DNA of 52,880 nt from Candidatus Pacearchaeota archaeon (lineage in GTDB: Archaea; Nanobdellota; Nanobdellia; Pacearchaeales; GW2011-AR1), in NCBI GenBank assembly GCA_017609885.1, contig JAFCDB010000013.1, positions 1 through 52,880 of the forward strand, read 5' to 3'. A program made the position numbers and the translations under genes. The notes beneath the pieces were generated by a model. That model made no database searches and was not told the origin of the DNA. It was given only the letters and a program-made list of their open reading frames with translations. Below are positions 19,291 through 28,394 of the stretch, one piece after another (positions within the stretch are counted from its first letter, which is position 1; every line of letters begins with the position of its first letter).

Positions 19291-19423
19291 GATTTTTAAA
19301 CCCTCAACATCTAATTTTTTCATGACAACTAAAATTTGGGGTTTTCCCCATCACACAGAATAAAGATTCTTCTAGTTGTGACTTTAGTAATGTTTTTATA
19401 TCTCACTTCTCTAATCTAAATAT

Positions 19424-19524
19424 GGCGGTTGTAGCTTAGTGGTTAAAGCGCACGGTTGTGGTGAGTTGTTATTAAACAAACTCGCAAATTCCGTGAGACG
19501 GGCGTTCGACTCTCCCCTTCCGCT
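19424..19524 (+). tRNA. tRNA-His(GTG) with encoded G-1 and 28-nt intron (19462-19489) at 37/38
   Basis: CACGG/CCGTG anticodon stem; canonical bulge-helix-bulge (TTGT:GCAA helix, GGT and ATT bulges, GAGTT:AACTC); stems carry three mismatches. Confidence 0.88.
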
Positions 19525-19530
19525 TTTGAA

Positions 19531-20712
19531 ATGAGTAAAATGAAAAACCAAACAGTAAAAGGATTTAAGGATTTCCAAGGAAAATCTACGCAAAAAAGAG
19601 TAGAAATAAGAAAAGTATTAGTTGAAACTTTCGAAACCTTCGGCTTTGAACCAGCTGAAACTCCAATTGTAGAATATGAAGAATTTGTAAAATCTGATAA
19701 TGAAAAAGACGAAGCAGTAAGTGACATTTTCAAATTAAAGGACAGAGGAAAAAGAAATCTTGCTTTGAGATACGAATTTACATTTCAGTTAAAGCGCCTG
19801 ATGAAAAATCAGAAACTGCCTTATAGAAGATATCAAATTGGCCCGGTTTTCCGCGACGAACCTGTGCAAAAAAATCGCTTGAGGCAATTCACCCAATGTG
19901 ACGCCGACATCATCAGTTCAAATACAAAAGAAGAAGCTGAAATTTTGTCTTTAGTAAAAACAATTTTTGAGGAATTAAATCTTAAACCAGAAATCTATGT
20001 AAACAACAGAAAATTGCTAAACGAAATTTTAGAAAAAGAAAAAATCAAAGACAAAAAACAAGTTATCAGAGAAATTGACAAATTAGACAAACTTCCTGAA
20101 TCAGAAGTTAAAAAGAATTTGGAGAAATATAATGCCAGAGCGATTTTAAAAATTTTCAAAAAACCAGAAAGCTATTTTAAAAAATTCGCCAGTTTCAAAG
20201 AAATCCAAGAACTAAAAAAATACTGCAAACTTTTCAATGTAAAAATAAATTTCTCGTCAAGTTTAGCTAGAGGTTTAAGTTATTATAATGGAAATATCTT
20301 TGAAATTAAATCAAAAGGAATGAAAGAAAGTATTTGCGCTGGCGGAAGTTACATGTTTAACAACATCCAATGCACAGGAGTTTCATTCGGCTTAGACAGA
20401 TTAGCAACAATTGTAAAACTTGATGAAAAGAAAAAAAAGATTTTAGTTATTTCAATAAATCAAGATAAAGAAGCAATTGATTTGATTAAAAAGTTGAGAG
20501 AAAATAAAATTTCTTGTATGGGATTTTTTGGCAAAACAGGAAAAGCACTTGAATATGCAAATTCTAAAGGTTTTGATTATGTTGTTTTTGTTGGAGAAAA
20601 AGAAATTAAGAGCAGGAAATTTACTTTGAGGGATATGGGGACGGGGAAGGAAAGGAAAGTTTCAGAAAAAGATTTAGTTAAAGGATTTAGAACCAGCGAA
20701 AAATTTAAATAA
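19531..20712 (+). CDS. hisS: Histidyl-tRNA synthetase
   Basis: VKGFKDF, LALRYEFT, FRDEP..RLRQFTQCD, ARGLSYY.G, GG.Y, G.SFGLDR, C-terminal anticodon-binding domain. Confidence 0.93.
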   Translation: MSKMKNQTVKGFKDFQGKSTQKRVEIRKVLVETFETFGFEPAETPIVEYEEFVKSDNEKDEAVSDIFKLKDRGKRNLALRYEFTFQLKRLMKNQKLPYRRYQIGPVFRDEPVQKNRLRQFTQCDADIISSNTKEEAEILSLVKTIFEELNLKPEIYVNNRKLLNEILEKEKIKDKKQVIREIDKLDKLPESEVKKNLEKYNARAILKIFKKPESYFKKFASFKEIQELKKYCKLFNVKINFSSSLARGLSYYNGNIFEIKSKGMKESICAGGSYMFNNIQCTGVSFGLDRLATIVKLDEKKKKILVISINQDKEAIDLIKKLRENKISCMGFFGKTGKALEYANSKGFDYVVFVGEKEIKSRKFTLRDMGTGKERKVSEKDLVKGFRTSEKFK

Positions 20713-20741
20713 TAGCAAGATTTCCATAATATAAGATAACA

Positions 20742-20804
20742 GGTATTGCCTTAAGTCTTCGGACATGCCGCAAGCGTGTTCCCTGCTATTACCTCGGTAA
20801 TACC
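20742..20804 (+). ncRNA. Putative structured RNA leader upstream of NYN gene remnant
   Basis: GGTATTGCC/GGTAATACC 9-bp closing stem enclosing GTC-TTCG-GAC and ACATGC-CGCAA-GCGTGT hairpins; GC-rich island in AT-rich spacer. Confidence 0.5.
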
Positions 20805-20816
20805 GGATTTATTAAA

Positions 20817-20930
20817 ATGATGAAAAGAATCTCTATTTATATTGATGGTGCTAATTTCGTTTATGGTTTGAAAACTTTGAACCCAAAAAAATTAAATCAT
20901 CTCAAAAATAAACCTTTCTATAGTTTTTAG
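20817..20930 (+). pseudogene. Truncated NYN (LabA/DUF88) nuclease N-terminus
   Basis: MMKRISIYIDGANFVYGL.. has the hhhhIDGxN first catalytic motif, then stops after 37 aa. Confidence 0.65.
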
Positions 20931-20978
20931 AAAATTTCAATAAATACCAACAAATTCATTTATTATTCAATTATCTTT

Positions 20979-22247
20979 CTATTTCACTCCCTCTAACATC
21001 CACTTCCAGATAGGTTTAACATTTATCTTTTTGTTGTTGGATACAATTTCTTTTTCCTGATCAAGTGTCAGGATTAATCCTTTCCTTAATTTAAACTTGT
21101 CCATTGCTTTTAGTAATCCCCTAATCTCTCGTTCTTCATTTTTCTCAGTTAATGTTTTTGTTACTTGTATCGCATTAACTATTTTATTCCTATCTTGAAT
21201 AATAAAATCACATTCTATTTTTGTTTCGTTTTCACGAAAGTAATATATGTCCAACATATCTTGTGCTCTTCTTTTTAGTTCTATTAACACAATGGTTTCA
21301 AGCAACCACCCTAAATTTTCTGAAAAAGCAAAAGAATTTGCAGAAAAAAAGCCAATATCATTAACATACGCTTTTTTAGGATTAACTTGTTGTTCTTTTA
21401 GTGAATAGCTATATTTTGGGACAAATATAATGAGTCCGATATCTTCAATATATGATAGATAATCAGATAATGCGTCTTTAGAAATTTTAGACATTTGTTT
21501 TACCATTCTATAATAAGAGTTTAATGAAAAATCTTTAGCAGTATTAGTTATTAAGAATTTTATTAGGTTCTTTAATAAACTTACATTGCGGAGGTTGTAT
21601 CTATCTATTAAATCTTTGTAAATTGTCAAATCTAAATAACTTTTCAATGTTTCAATTTTTAATTCTTCAAAAACTATTTCAGGAAACCCCCCATATTTTA
21701 AATACTCCCTAAATACTTTCTTTGTCCTGGAAGAACCTTGAGTAGTATACAAATCTTCTTCAATATCTTTGAAATTTAAGAATTCTTTGAATGATAAAGG
21801 ATAAATATAAAATGTCAAAGAACGACCTCTCAATTCTGTGGCAATCTCCTTGCTCATTAATTTTGCACTTGAGCCTGTTAAATAAATATTCGTTGTAATT
21901 GTATCATAAATTCTTCTAACAAATTTTTCCCAGTTTTTAATTTCTTGTATTTCATCAAAAAATATAGTTGGCTTTTTATCAGGGAATAATTCAAAATACG
22001 ATTGCAATATTAAATCTAATTCATCAGTTTTCATTGGAAGGATTCTCTCATCTTCAAAATTAATATAAAGGATTTCTTCTGAGTTCAATTCTTTCATTTT
22101 TTGAAACAACAAAAATGATTTACCGACTCTTCTCGGACCCACTAAGGTAATTATCTTATTTGTTTTAGGGAATTTGAAATCCCTATCTATAATATTTAAT
22201 CTTAATTTCTGATTTTCCAAAATTATTTTTTTTATTATTTCTTTCAT
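20979..22247 (-). CDS. AAA+ ATPase, COG1373 type (AAA_14 + DUF4143)
   Basis: GPRRVGKS, FFDEIQ, TGSSAKL..EIATELRGR, GGFPE, ECDF, AIQV. Confidence 0.92.
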   Translation of the reverse strand: MKEIIKKIILENQKLRLNIIDRDFKFPKTNKIITLVGPRRVGKSFLLFQKMKELNSEEILYINFEDERILPMKTDELDLILQSYFELFPDKKPTIFFDEIQEIKNWEKFVRRIYDTITTNIYLTGSSAKLMSKEIATELRGRSLTFYIYPLSFKEFLNFKDIEEDLYTTQGSSRTKKVFREYLKYGGFPEIVFEELKIETLKSYLDLTIYKDLIDRYNLRNVSLLKNLIKFLITNTAKDFSLNSYYRMVKQMSKISKDALSDYLSYIEDIGLIIFVPKYSYSLKEQQVNPKKAYVNDIGFFSANSFAFSENLGWLLETIVLIELKRRAQDMLDIYYFRENETKIECDFIIQDRNKIVNAIQVTKTLTEKNEEREIRGLLKAMDKFKLRKGLILTLDQEKEIVSNNKKINVKPIWKWMLEGVK

Positions 22248-22277
22248 AATATTTTAGAGTTTCTTGTTATTTAAATC

Positions 22278-22335
22278 TTTCCTTTCTTAGAAGGATAAAT
22301 ATGCCAAATAGTTTCCTTTCTTAGAAGGATAAATA
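22278..22335 (-). promoter_or_regulatory. Direct repeat of a 24-bp near-palindromic operator
   Basis: TTTCCTTTCTTAGAAGGATAAATA at 22278-22301 and 22312-22335, just upstream of the ATPase start and TTTAAATA box. Confidence 0.7.
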
Positions 22336-22408
22336 ATTTTTGAAGAAGGGATGTTGAATTGGGAGTTTGGGAAGGGGAAATTTTTACTTTAATTAACTTT
22401 CGTTTTCA

Positions 22409-22573
22409 GGCTTTGGTGAAACCATTAAATTTTTGAACATTTTTCTCAATTCCCTACCCGCCCGCCCAGCATTGCTCGACGTGATTTGTCTCGCAATGTA
22501 GATTTTAAATTGAGACGCAATGTAGATTTTAAATTGAGAAAAATGTTATATATCCTATGATTTCACCAAAGCC
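22409..22573. mobile_element. MITE copy 1 (complete)
   Basis: 13-bp TIR GGCTTTGGTGAAA/TTTCACCAAAGCC; 8-bp TSD CGTTTTCA (22401-22408, 22574-22581); internal 24-bp tandem duplication. Confidence 0.92.
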
Positions 22574-22578
22574 CGTTT

Positions 22579-24792
22579 TCACTCCCCAATCTCAACTGGC
22601 TTCACAATCATGCTACACTCAGTAGGCAGCGGTTGCTTCCCGCTGTCATCAACACATTTGATATAATATGCCTCATCAACTTCCCAAGGTGCAAAATGCT
22701 CTGTTAATTTGTCAGAAGATTCATGCATCATTTGTTCTACTATTGCATCTTCACCAATATTAAAGTCACATTTTGTATTATCATTTGTAGAGTAAAAACA
22801 ATCTGCGTTCTCGTTTGTAATTATTTGCAAAGAATCTACATTAAATAATACTCGAACAACTTCAGGCGCCTGCGTGTCTACAAAAACTGTGAAGGTTGTG
22901 TTTGTGCTTGCTTGGTTTCCGCCAAGGTCGACACATTTTATGTAGTAAGTGTAGGTTCCTGCTGGAAGATACTGCGATTGTTTGTGTTCAAAAGAATTTG
23001 TTTCTAGGAATTCAATAAAGTTTGAGTTGTCTAGACCATAATAACAGACAGATGTGCCTTTGTCATCTTCGCCATTCCGTGTTTCCAACTCCAAATTCAC
23101 TTCAACTGTTGTAGTCGCACCTCTTATTACTTCACCTTCTTTAGGTTTTAATGAATCATCTAAAATAGTTAATGGCTGTGTCCCTCTTAATGTCAATTTT
23201 CTTCCCTGGCTCATTTTATTCCTATCTGCTTTGTCCATCCATGGCTGGTCCTCACATCTAAAATAATAATCATTATCTTCTCTATCTACTATCCCTGTTA
23301 AAGTTCCTGAACAAGTATATAACATATTCGCATTCATCTCCCATAAATTATCTGCACACTCCATTATGTTTTCCATTGTATCAAAATTCAAATCATTGTC
23401 TCTTGTCCATCTGCAATTTGCAGGTTCGTTTGTGTAAACAACTATTGGAACTTCATCAACTTCATACTGCACTGGCGAGTTGTCTGCAATACTAAATTCT
23501 TCAATTATTGGAGCTGTTGCATCTGGGCCTTTGTCAACACAAAACTTCATAACATAAGGTTCTGCATTGTAGTAACCGTTTGGACTAACACATCTAATAT
23601 ATAACTCATATCTTCCGTCATTTTCAATTTCCAGACCACCTGTTTCTGTTTGATTTGTTGAATCAGCAAAATCATTAATTGCATCAGGACTTGGAAGGTT
23701 CATTCTCTGAGTGTGATTGTAAGCAAAAAGCGAAGACTCTCCAAAATAATATTCCATGTCGTCGTATCCTGCTGGTTCATATGCCTGAGCCCCATGCCCT
23801 ACTGTAGGAACAATATCAATTTTGCATTGTGCCGGCATATTTGTCTGAATTCCAAATTCAATTGGCGTAAATGCCTCAATACATCTTCCTGTAATTCCCT
23901 GCCTTATAATTTGCGCTCCCCGCGACAAAGGCCTCTGAGACATCGGCTTGTAATCATAACCATCTGTAAGAACATCTTCCCAAGGCCGAATCCCAGGAGA
24001 TTTCACATTTCCCTCATATAAATCCGCGCACATTTCACTTTCAGTCCCCTCATTTAAAATCCCACATCCCTGCCCTAAACTCTTGCACCTATACTCCGAG
24101 CACGCATGTAACTCATCATTGCACTTTTCACAATCACTTCCACCTATTGGAGCTTCCCAAGGTTGACAATCGAAAGTTATTGTTTTATATTCTACTTCTT
24201 TGTATGTTAAGGCGAAGACAACTACTCCGACAACTGCTCCTGTGAGGAATGCGTGGCTTCCAAAAAATCCTTTAATCGCTTCACTTCTTAAAACACCAGC
24301 AGTAAACAATCCTGAAGAAACTCCCCATTGCAAACTATTTGTCAAAGGTTCTTCTAATCCTAACCAACCACCTACAAGTCCAACTACCATATAGGCTGTT
24401 GTTGCCCAGCTTAGTCCTTGCAATATTCCGCCGCCGATTCTTTTGGGTTTTGCGAATATAGAAAATAGTCCTCTTTCCCCAGTTTCAGTAGTTGTTTCAG
24501 TTCCAAAACCAGGGTCGGGTAAATCTTTGACAGTTACAGATGGATCAACAGGGGTATTGCTAACAGTTGGATTTTTCTTTATTTCATCTTGTAAGTGTTT
24601 ATTCCATAATTGACTGGCTTCTTCATCTGTCATAGATTCAGTATTAAACTGTCCTGCAGGAGTGAAGTCCCCTACTTCAGCACTAACAACTTCAACCTCC
24701 AGTCCAATCAAAAAACTAATTGCAACAATTGACAAAATCAAATTCACAACTACAAACAAACATTCACTCTTTTTCAAGTTTTCTTTTTTCAT
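22579..24792 (-). CDS. Secreted Cys-rich protein with Gly-rich hydrophobic helices and Ig-like repeats; paralog of C-half of 28395-32078
   Basis: Own signal peptide; shared motifs CS.YRC.SLG..CG..NEGTE, CI.AFTP..FG, FCV..GPD.TAP, C.DQPW. Confidence 0.8.
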   Translation of the reverse strand: MKKENLKKSECLFVVVNLILSIVAISFLIGLEVEVVSAEVGDFTPAGQFNTESMTDEEASQLWNKHLQDEIKKNPTVSNTPVDPSVTVKDLPDPGFGTETTTETGERGLFSIFAKPKRIGGGILQGLSWATTAYMVVGLVGGWLGLEEPLTNSLQWGVSSGLFTAGVLRSEAIKGFFGSHAFLTGAVVGVVVFALTYKEVEYKTITFDCQPWEAPIGGSDCEKCNDELHACSEYRCKSLGQGCGILNEGTESEMCADLYEGNVKSPGIRPWEDVLTDGYDYKPMSQRPLSRGAQIIRQGITGRCIEAFTPIEFGIQTNMPAQCKIDIVPTVGHGAQAYEPAGYDDMEYYFGESSLFAYNHTQRMNLPSPDAINDFADSTNQTETGGLEIENDGRYELYIRCVSPNGYYNAEPYVMKFCVDKGPDATAPIIEEFSIADNSPVQYEVDEVPIVVYTNEPANCRWTRDNDLNFDTMENIMECADNLWEMNANMLYTCSGTLTGIVDREDNDYYFRCEDQPWMDKADRNKMSQGRKLTLRGTQPLTILDDSLKPKEGEVIRGATTTVEVNLELETRNGEDDKGTSVCYYGLDNSNFIEFLETNSFEHKQSQYLPAGTYTYYIKCVDLGGNQASTNTTFTVFVDTQAPEVVRVLFNVDSLQIITNENADCFYSTNDNTKCDFNIGEDAIVEQMMHESSDKLTEHFAPWEVDEAYYIKCVDDSGKQPLPTECSMIVKPVEIGE

Positions 24793-25227
24793 TTAATCAT
24801 CTTCTCCTGTTCTATTTTTTTGAACAAATGTTCTAATTTCTTGAACAAACTTCTCTGCTTTCTTAATCACTTCTTTAACATCACACTTCTCAATAATATT
24901 TACTTCTCTATAAACTACTATATTTCTCTTTTTTCTTACTTTATCAAAAAAATTAATCAATTCTTTATTAAGTTTTGTTTCTCGCAAAAACTCAAAAACT
25001 GATTTGTGTTGTTCGCTCCCTACTGGCTTAAATCCTAAACTAAACATCAATGTTCTTGCACTTTGCAACACAGCATTATATGCAATAGAATATGTCCAAT
25101 CATAATCTCCCTCTTCTAAAATATTTTTTGCAGTCCTTAAATCTCTCTCTGCCAAACTAAAGTCAGGTTCTTGTTTTATCAAGAGCTTTTTTATTTTCCT
25201 ATCCCTTAACAATTTTCCGAAGTTCAT
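24793..25227 (-). CDS. HEPN domain protein
   Basis: A..DL..A..IL..GDYDW....AYNA....AR, H in GSEQHK, R..RN...Y motif; overlaps the MNT gene. Confidence 0.88.
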   Translation of the reverse strand: MNFGKLLRDRKIKKLLIKQEPDFSLAERDLRTAKNILEEGDYDWTYSIAYNAVLQSARTLMFSLGFKPVGSEQHKSVFEFLRETKLNKELINFFDKVRKKRNIVVYREVNIIEKCDVKEVIKKAEKFVQEIRTFVQKNRTGEDD

Positions 25228-25765
25228 CTTCCTCTCCCTTTATCATGATTACTTTTCCAGCAAAAATTTCATTCATCAACCTATTATCTTTCTTTTTTTG
25301 GATACTTTTAATTGACCAAACAACTGGATTAATTTCTCTTCCTGTTTCTTCTTCTAATGGTTTGAATAACTTAAAAGTTTCAGACAACTTTACATTTCCA
25401 ATAATTAAAACATCAATATCACTTTCTGTATGGTAATCTCCCCGGGAAAAACTCCCAAAAACCAGCGCAAATTCTATTTTTTTATTTTTCTTCAGTAAAT
25501 CTTCTAGAGAGTAAACAATATAATCTGTTTTAACAAAAATACTTTTTAACTCATCAACAATGTTGTTCTTTCTATTTAATTTTATTTTATTTCCCTCTTT
25601 TTCTATCACACCAACACTCTCAAGATTATCAATCTCTCTCTTCACAGCACTTGAAGAAATTTTTAATTGATTAGAAATTTCTCTAATATGAGTTTCCTTG
25701 CTTTCAAAAAATAAATATTTCATTATTTTTATTCTGTTTTTTGATGTAAATATTTTTTCTAACAT
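25199..25765 (-). CDS. wHTH-fused minimal nucleotidyltransferase (MNT antitoxin)
   Basis: N-terminal ArsR-like HTH; FGSFSRG...SDIDV motif; likely start ATG 25765. Confidence 0.9.
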   Translation of the reverse strand: MLEKIFTSKNRIKIMKYLFFESKETHIREISNQLKISSSAVKREIDNLESVGVIEKEGNKIKLNRKNNIVDELKSIFVKTDYIVYSLEDLLKKNKKIEFALVFGSFSRGDYHTESDIDVLIIGNVKLSETFKLFKPLEEETGREINPVVWSIKSIQKKKDNRLMNEIFAGKVIMIKGEEDELRKIVKG

Positions 25766-25766
25766 T

Positions 25767-27572
25767 TTAACTCCCCTTAGCAAAGTTGTAAGCTTTGATT
25801 ATCATTCCTTGAACAACATTTCCTGCAGGCTGCGAACCTCTGAAAGTTTCCTCTCCAGTTTGCTGCGCCCCCCCAAATTCCTGGCTTTGTGATTGCGGTG
25901 CTTCTTCTCTTTCATCGCCAACTTGAGTTTCTTTTCCCCCTTTAATTTTTATTTCATAACCCTCATTTACAAATTTTCCGACATAATTTGCCCCTGGACC
26001 GCAGTCTCCCAAAGACGAACAATAAAACATTGCAGCTAATGCAGTTTTCTTTGATTCAGGATTATCCGGGTCGCAGAAGCAGTTTTCTACGCATTTTTTT
26101 TCTCCTCCAATTGCTCGCTTTTCATATTTTACAATACATGTCTGCGTTCCTGCCATGCAAACATCCTGCGCATTTTCACTCCAGAAATCCAAACCCGGTG
26201 CAACTTTCGGAACACACTTTCCATAAGATTCCTGGTCTTCAATCTGCACATTAAACAACTCTGCTTTTACAGTGTCAATATCCAGCATATTTCTAATTGC
26301 ATTGTCAACTCTTCCTTTTTCATCAATCGGCAACCAGATGCAATCTCTTTGATAGCGGTTCAAACAATCTCTTGTCTTATTCTGCAAAATACAATCCTGC
26401 CACCGATTCACAATACATCCTGCCTGAGAAAAATCCTCTCCCTCTGTTTCAATTGCATCTTCAACACAAACCTCGTTCCTAAAATCCCCGCATGGTTCAA
26501 CAATTTCCTCACCCATATAACAAATATGTCTGTAATGCCTTGAACCAACAGAATCTGCATTTTGATTTCCATTGTCATAGTAGCACCACGACTCGCCGTT
26601 TTTGTAGTCCTCGCCATTTGAAGTATCATAGCAATTTACATCCTGGCAAATATAATCTCCATAAGCTGGTTTTTGTCCTCGGAGAGCTTCTGCGCAAATT
26701 GTCCCCTGCCCAAGATATTCACAATTACCACAACCTCTTGGTGAACCATGACAACTTTCCTCTGGATGTTTTATCTTTGTCCAATAAGCTGCACTATTTA
26801 ATTTACTTGCGTCATAAATATTCGCCCTATTTCCGCAAGTATCAACAAAATAAACCCGGCCATTTTCACATCTTGTTTCCTGTGTTTTTGCACAATCTGT
26901 CTCCAGCTCTTCTGCGGTGCACAAATAATCTTTATAAAATCTTATTGATTCCTGATCTGAAACTTGCTCACCAAGTTCTGCAGAATCACACTCATCTCGT
27001 GTTCCAAATCTGCAGGTTTTCACAAATTCTGATTCAAATACGCATGCCCCAAAATCCTGCGAAGTTGCAAGAGCAATACATGAAAGTTCATCAGCTACAT
27101 CTGTCCTGAAATTTGTCTGCAACCCATAAATTCCAGAAAGTTTCTTGCATCTTTGCAAAGTTACATAAGCTGCTTCTGTTCCAAGTAAACAACAGCCCAT
27201 ATTACATCGAGGAATCTGGCAGTTTGCGTTTTCCTCCCATGAGCCGTTTGCAGCTGAACATGCTTCTTCAGGCGTATTTTCCATGCAAATTCCTTCGTCG
27301 CTGTCATAACAACATCCCTTTTTACAATAACTTGTTGCCTCGCATGAAGTAGGGCTTACTTTAAAATTTGCATCGCAATTTTCCTCTGGCTCATTTTGGC
27401 AATAAGCTCCTGTCAGGGTTTTCTCACAGCAAAAACTCACTTCCTGCGCAGAAACAAACACTCCTAAAACTACTAAACAAATTATCACAAGCAAAATTCC
27501 TGCAGCTATTTTTTCCCTCTTTGTCATTTTTCCTCTTACACTTTCTTGGTTTTTATTTTTATATGTTCTCAT
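25767..27572 (-). CDS. Secreted Cys-rich protein; paralog of N-half of 28395-32078
   Basis: Signal peptide; NGESWC.YD, VGSRH.R..C..GE..VEPC.D.R.E.CVE, C.SLGDCG...NYVGK shared with the large protein. Confidence 0.8.
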   Translation of the reverse strand: MRTYKNKNQESVRGKMTKREKIAAGILLVIICLVVLGVFVSAQEVSFCCEKTLTGAYCQNEPEENCDANFKVSPTSCEATSYCKKGCCYDSDEGICMENTPEEACSAANGSWEENANCQIPRCNMGCCLLGTEAAYVTLQRCKKLSGIYGLQTNFRTDVADELSCIALATSQDFGACVFESEFVKTCRFGTRDECDSAELGEQVSDQESIRFYKDYLCTAEELETDCAKTQETRCENGRVYFVDTCGNRANIYDASKLNSAAYWTKIKHPEESCHGSPRGCGNCEYLGQGTICAEALRGQKPAYGDYICQDVNCYDTSNGEDYKNGESWCYYDNGNQNADSVGSRHYRHICYMGEEIVEPCGDFRNEVCVEDAIETEGEDFSQAGCIVNRWQDCILQNKTRDCLNRYQRDCIWLPIDEKGRVDNAIRNMLDIDTVKAELFNVQIEDQESYGKCVPKVAPGLDFWSENAQDVCMAGTQTCIVKYEKRAIGGEKKCVENCFCDPDNPESKKTALAAMFYCSSLGDCGPGANYVGKFVNEGYEIKIKGGKETQVGDEREEAPQSQSQEFGGAQQTGEETFRGSQPAGNVVQGMIIKAYNFAKGS

Positions 27573-27573
27573 T

Positions 27574-28350
27574 TTACCTCAACCCATATCCTGGCGGAAA
27601 CACCAAACTTTTCGAAGCAAAATTAAATTCCTCTTCTATATTTCTGTCTGAAACAAAATACAAAGTCGTTCCATCTCCCTGTTTTAATTTTTGTATTCTC
27701 ATCTCAGGATACAATAGCATGTAAACATCAACATCTGTATCTCCATACCTTGCCTCATAATTTAATATTGAAGTTGACAACATTATCAATTCATACAATT
27801 TACTTTCTTTTCTAATTTCAAATCCATCAAACACCCTCCTGTCATCCTCTTTTGAAATTGTCAAACCAGTATCAATATCAACTATCAAATTTCCATAAGC
27901 TAAATCAATGGAATAATCAAATCCCCGCGACTCAACATTATATCCTCTTTTTTCTGCCTCTTCTTTTGCATCTTCAAAACAACCCTGCACATTAGGTTTT
28001 ATTTCCATTTCAATCTCACTTTCAACATGTTGAATTAAAAGAGGGTTTTGAATATAGCATGTTTCAAAGTCCACAGATGACTTGCACAAATAAGCCAACT
28101 TCACTCCTTGATACAAAAAATAATCTTTTGGTTCCATATATCCTCCCTGCCTTGCAATCTGCGAAATCTTCATGTTTATATTTTCTCCTTCAATGCAAGC
28201 TTCTAAATTATCTTTAAAATCAAATTCTCCACCTGTAAAAATATTTGGAAGATTAATAACATCTGTTGCTATTAAAATAATAAGGATAGCTACAGCTACA
28301 ATTACAACTCCGATTATTATAAAAATTGCAATCTGCCCCTTTTTATTCAT
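27574..28350 (-). CDS. Class III signal peptide (pilin-like) protein, paralog of 32327-33136
   Basis: MNKKG|QIAIFIIIG; shared GGY, YLC and C.F.D motifs. Confidence 0.8.
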   Translation of the reverse strand: MNKKGQIAIFIIIGVVIVAVAILIILIATDVINLPNIFTGGEFDFKDNLEACIEGENINMKISQIARQGGYMEPKDYFLYQGVKLAYLCKSSVDFETCYIQNPLLIQHVESEIEMEIKPNVQGCFEDAKEEAEKRGYNVESRGFDYSIDLAYGNLIVDIDTGLTISKEDDRRVFDGFEIRKESKLYELIMLSTSILNYEARYGDTDVDVYMLLYPEMRIQKLKQGDGTTLYFVSDRNIEEEFNFASKSLVFPPGYGLR

Positions 28351-28394
28351 TTTCTTGTTCACCTTATTAACATATCTTGATTTATAAATTTTGA

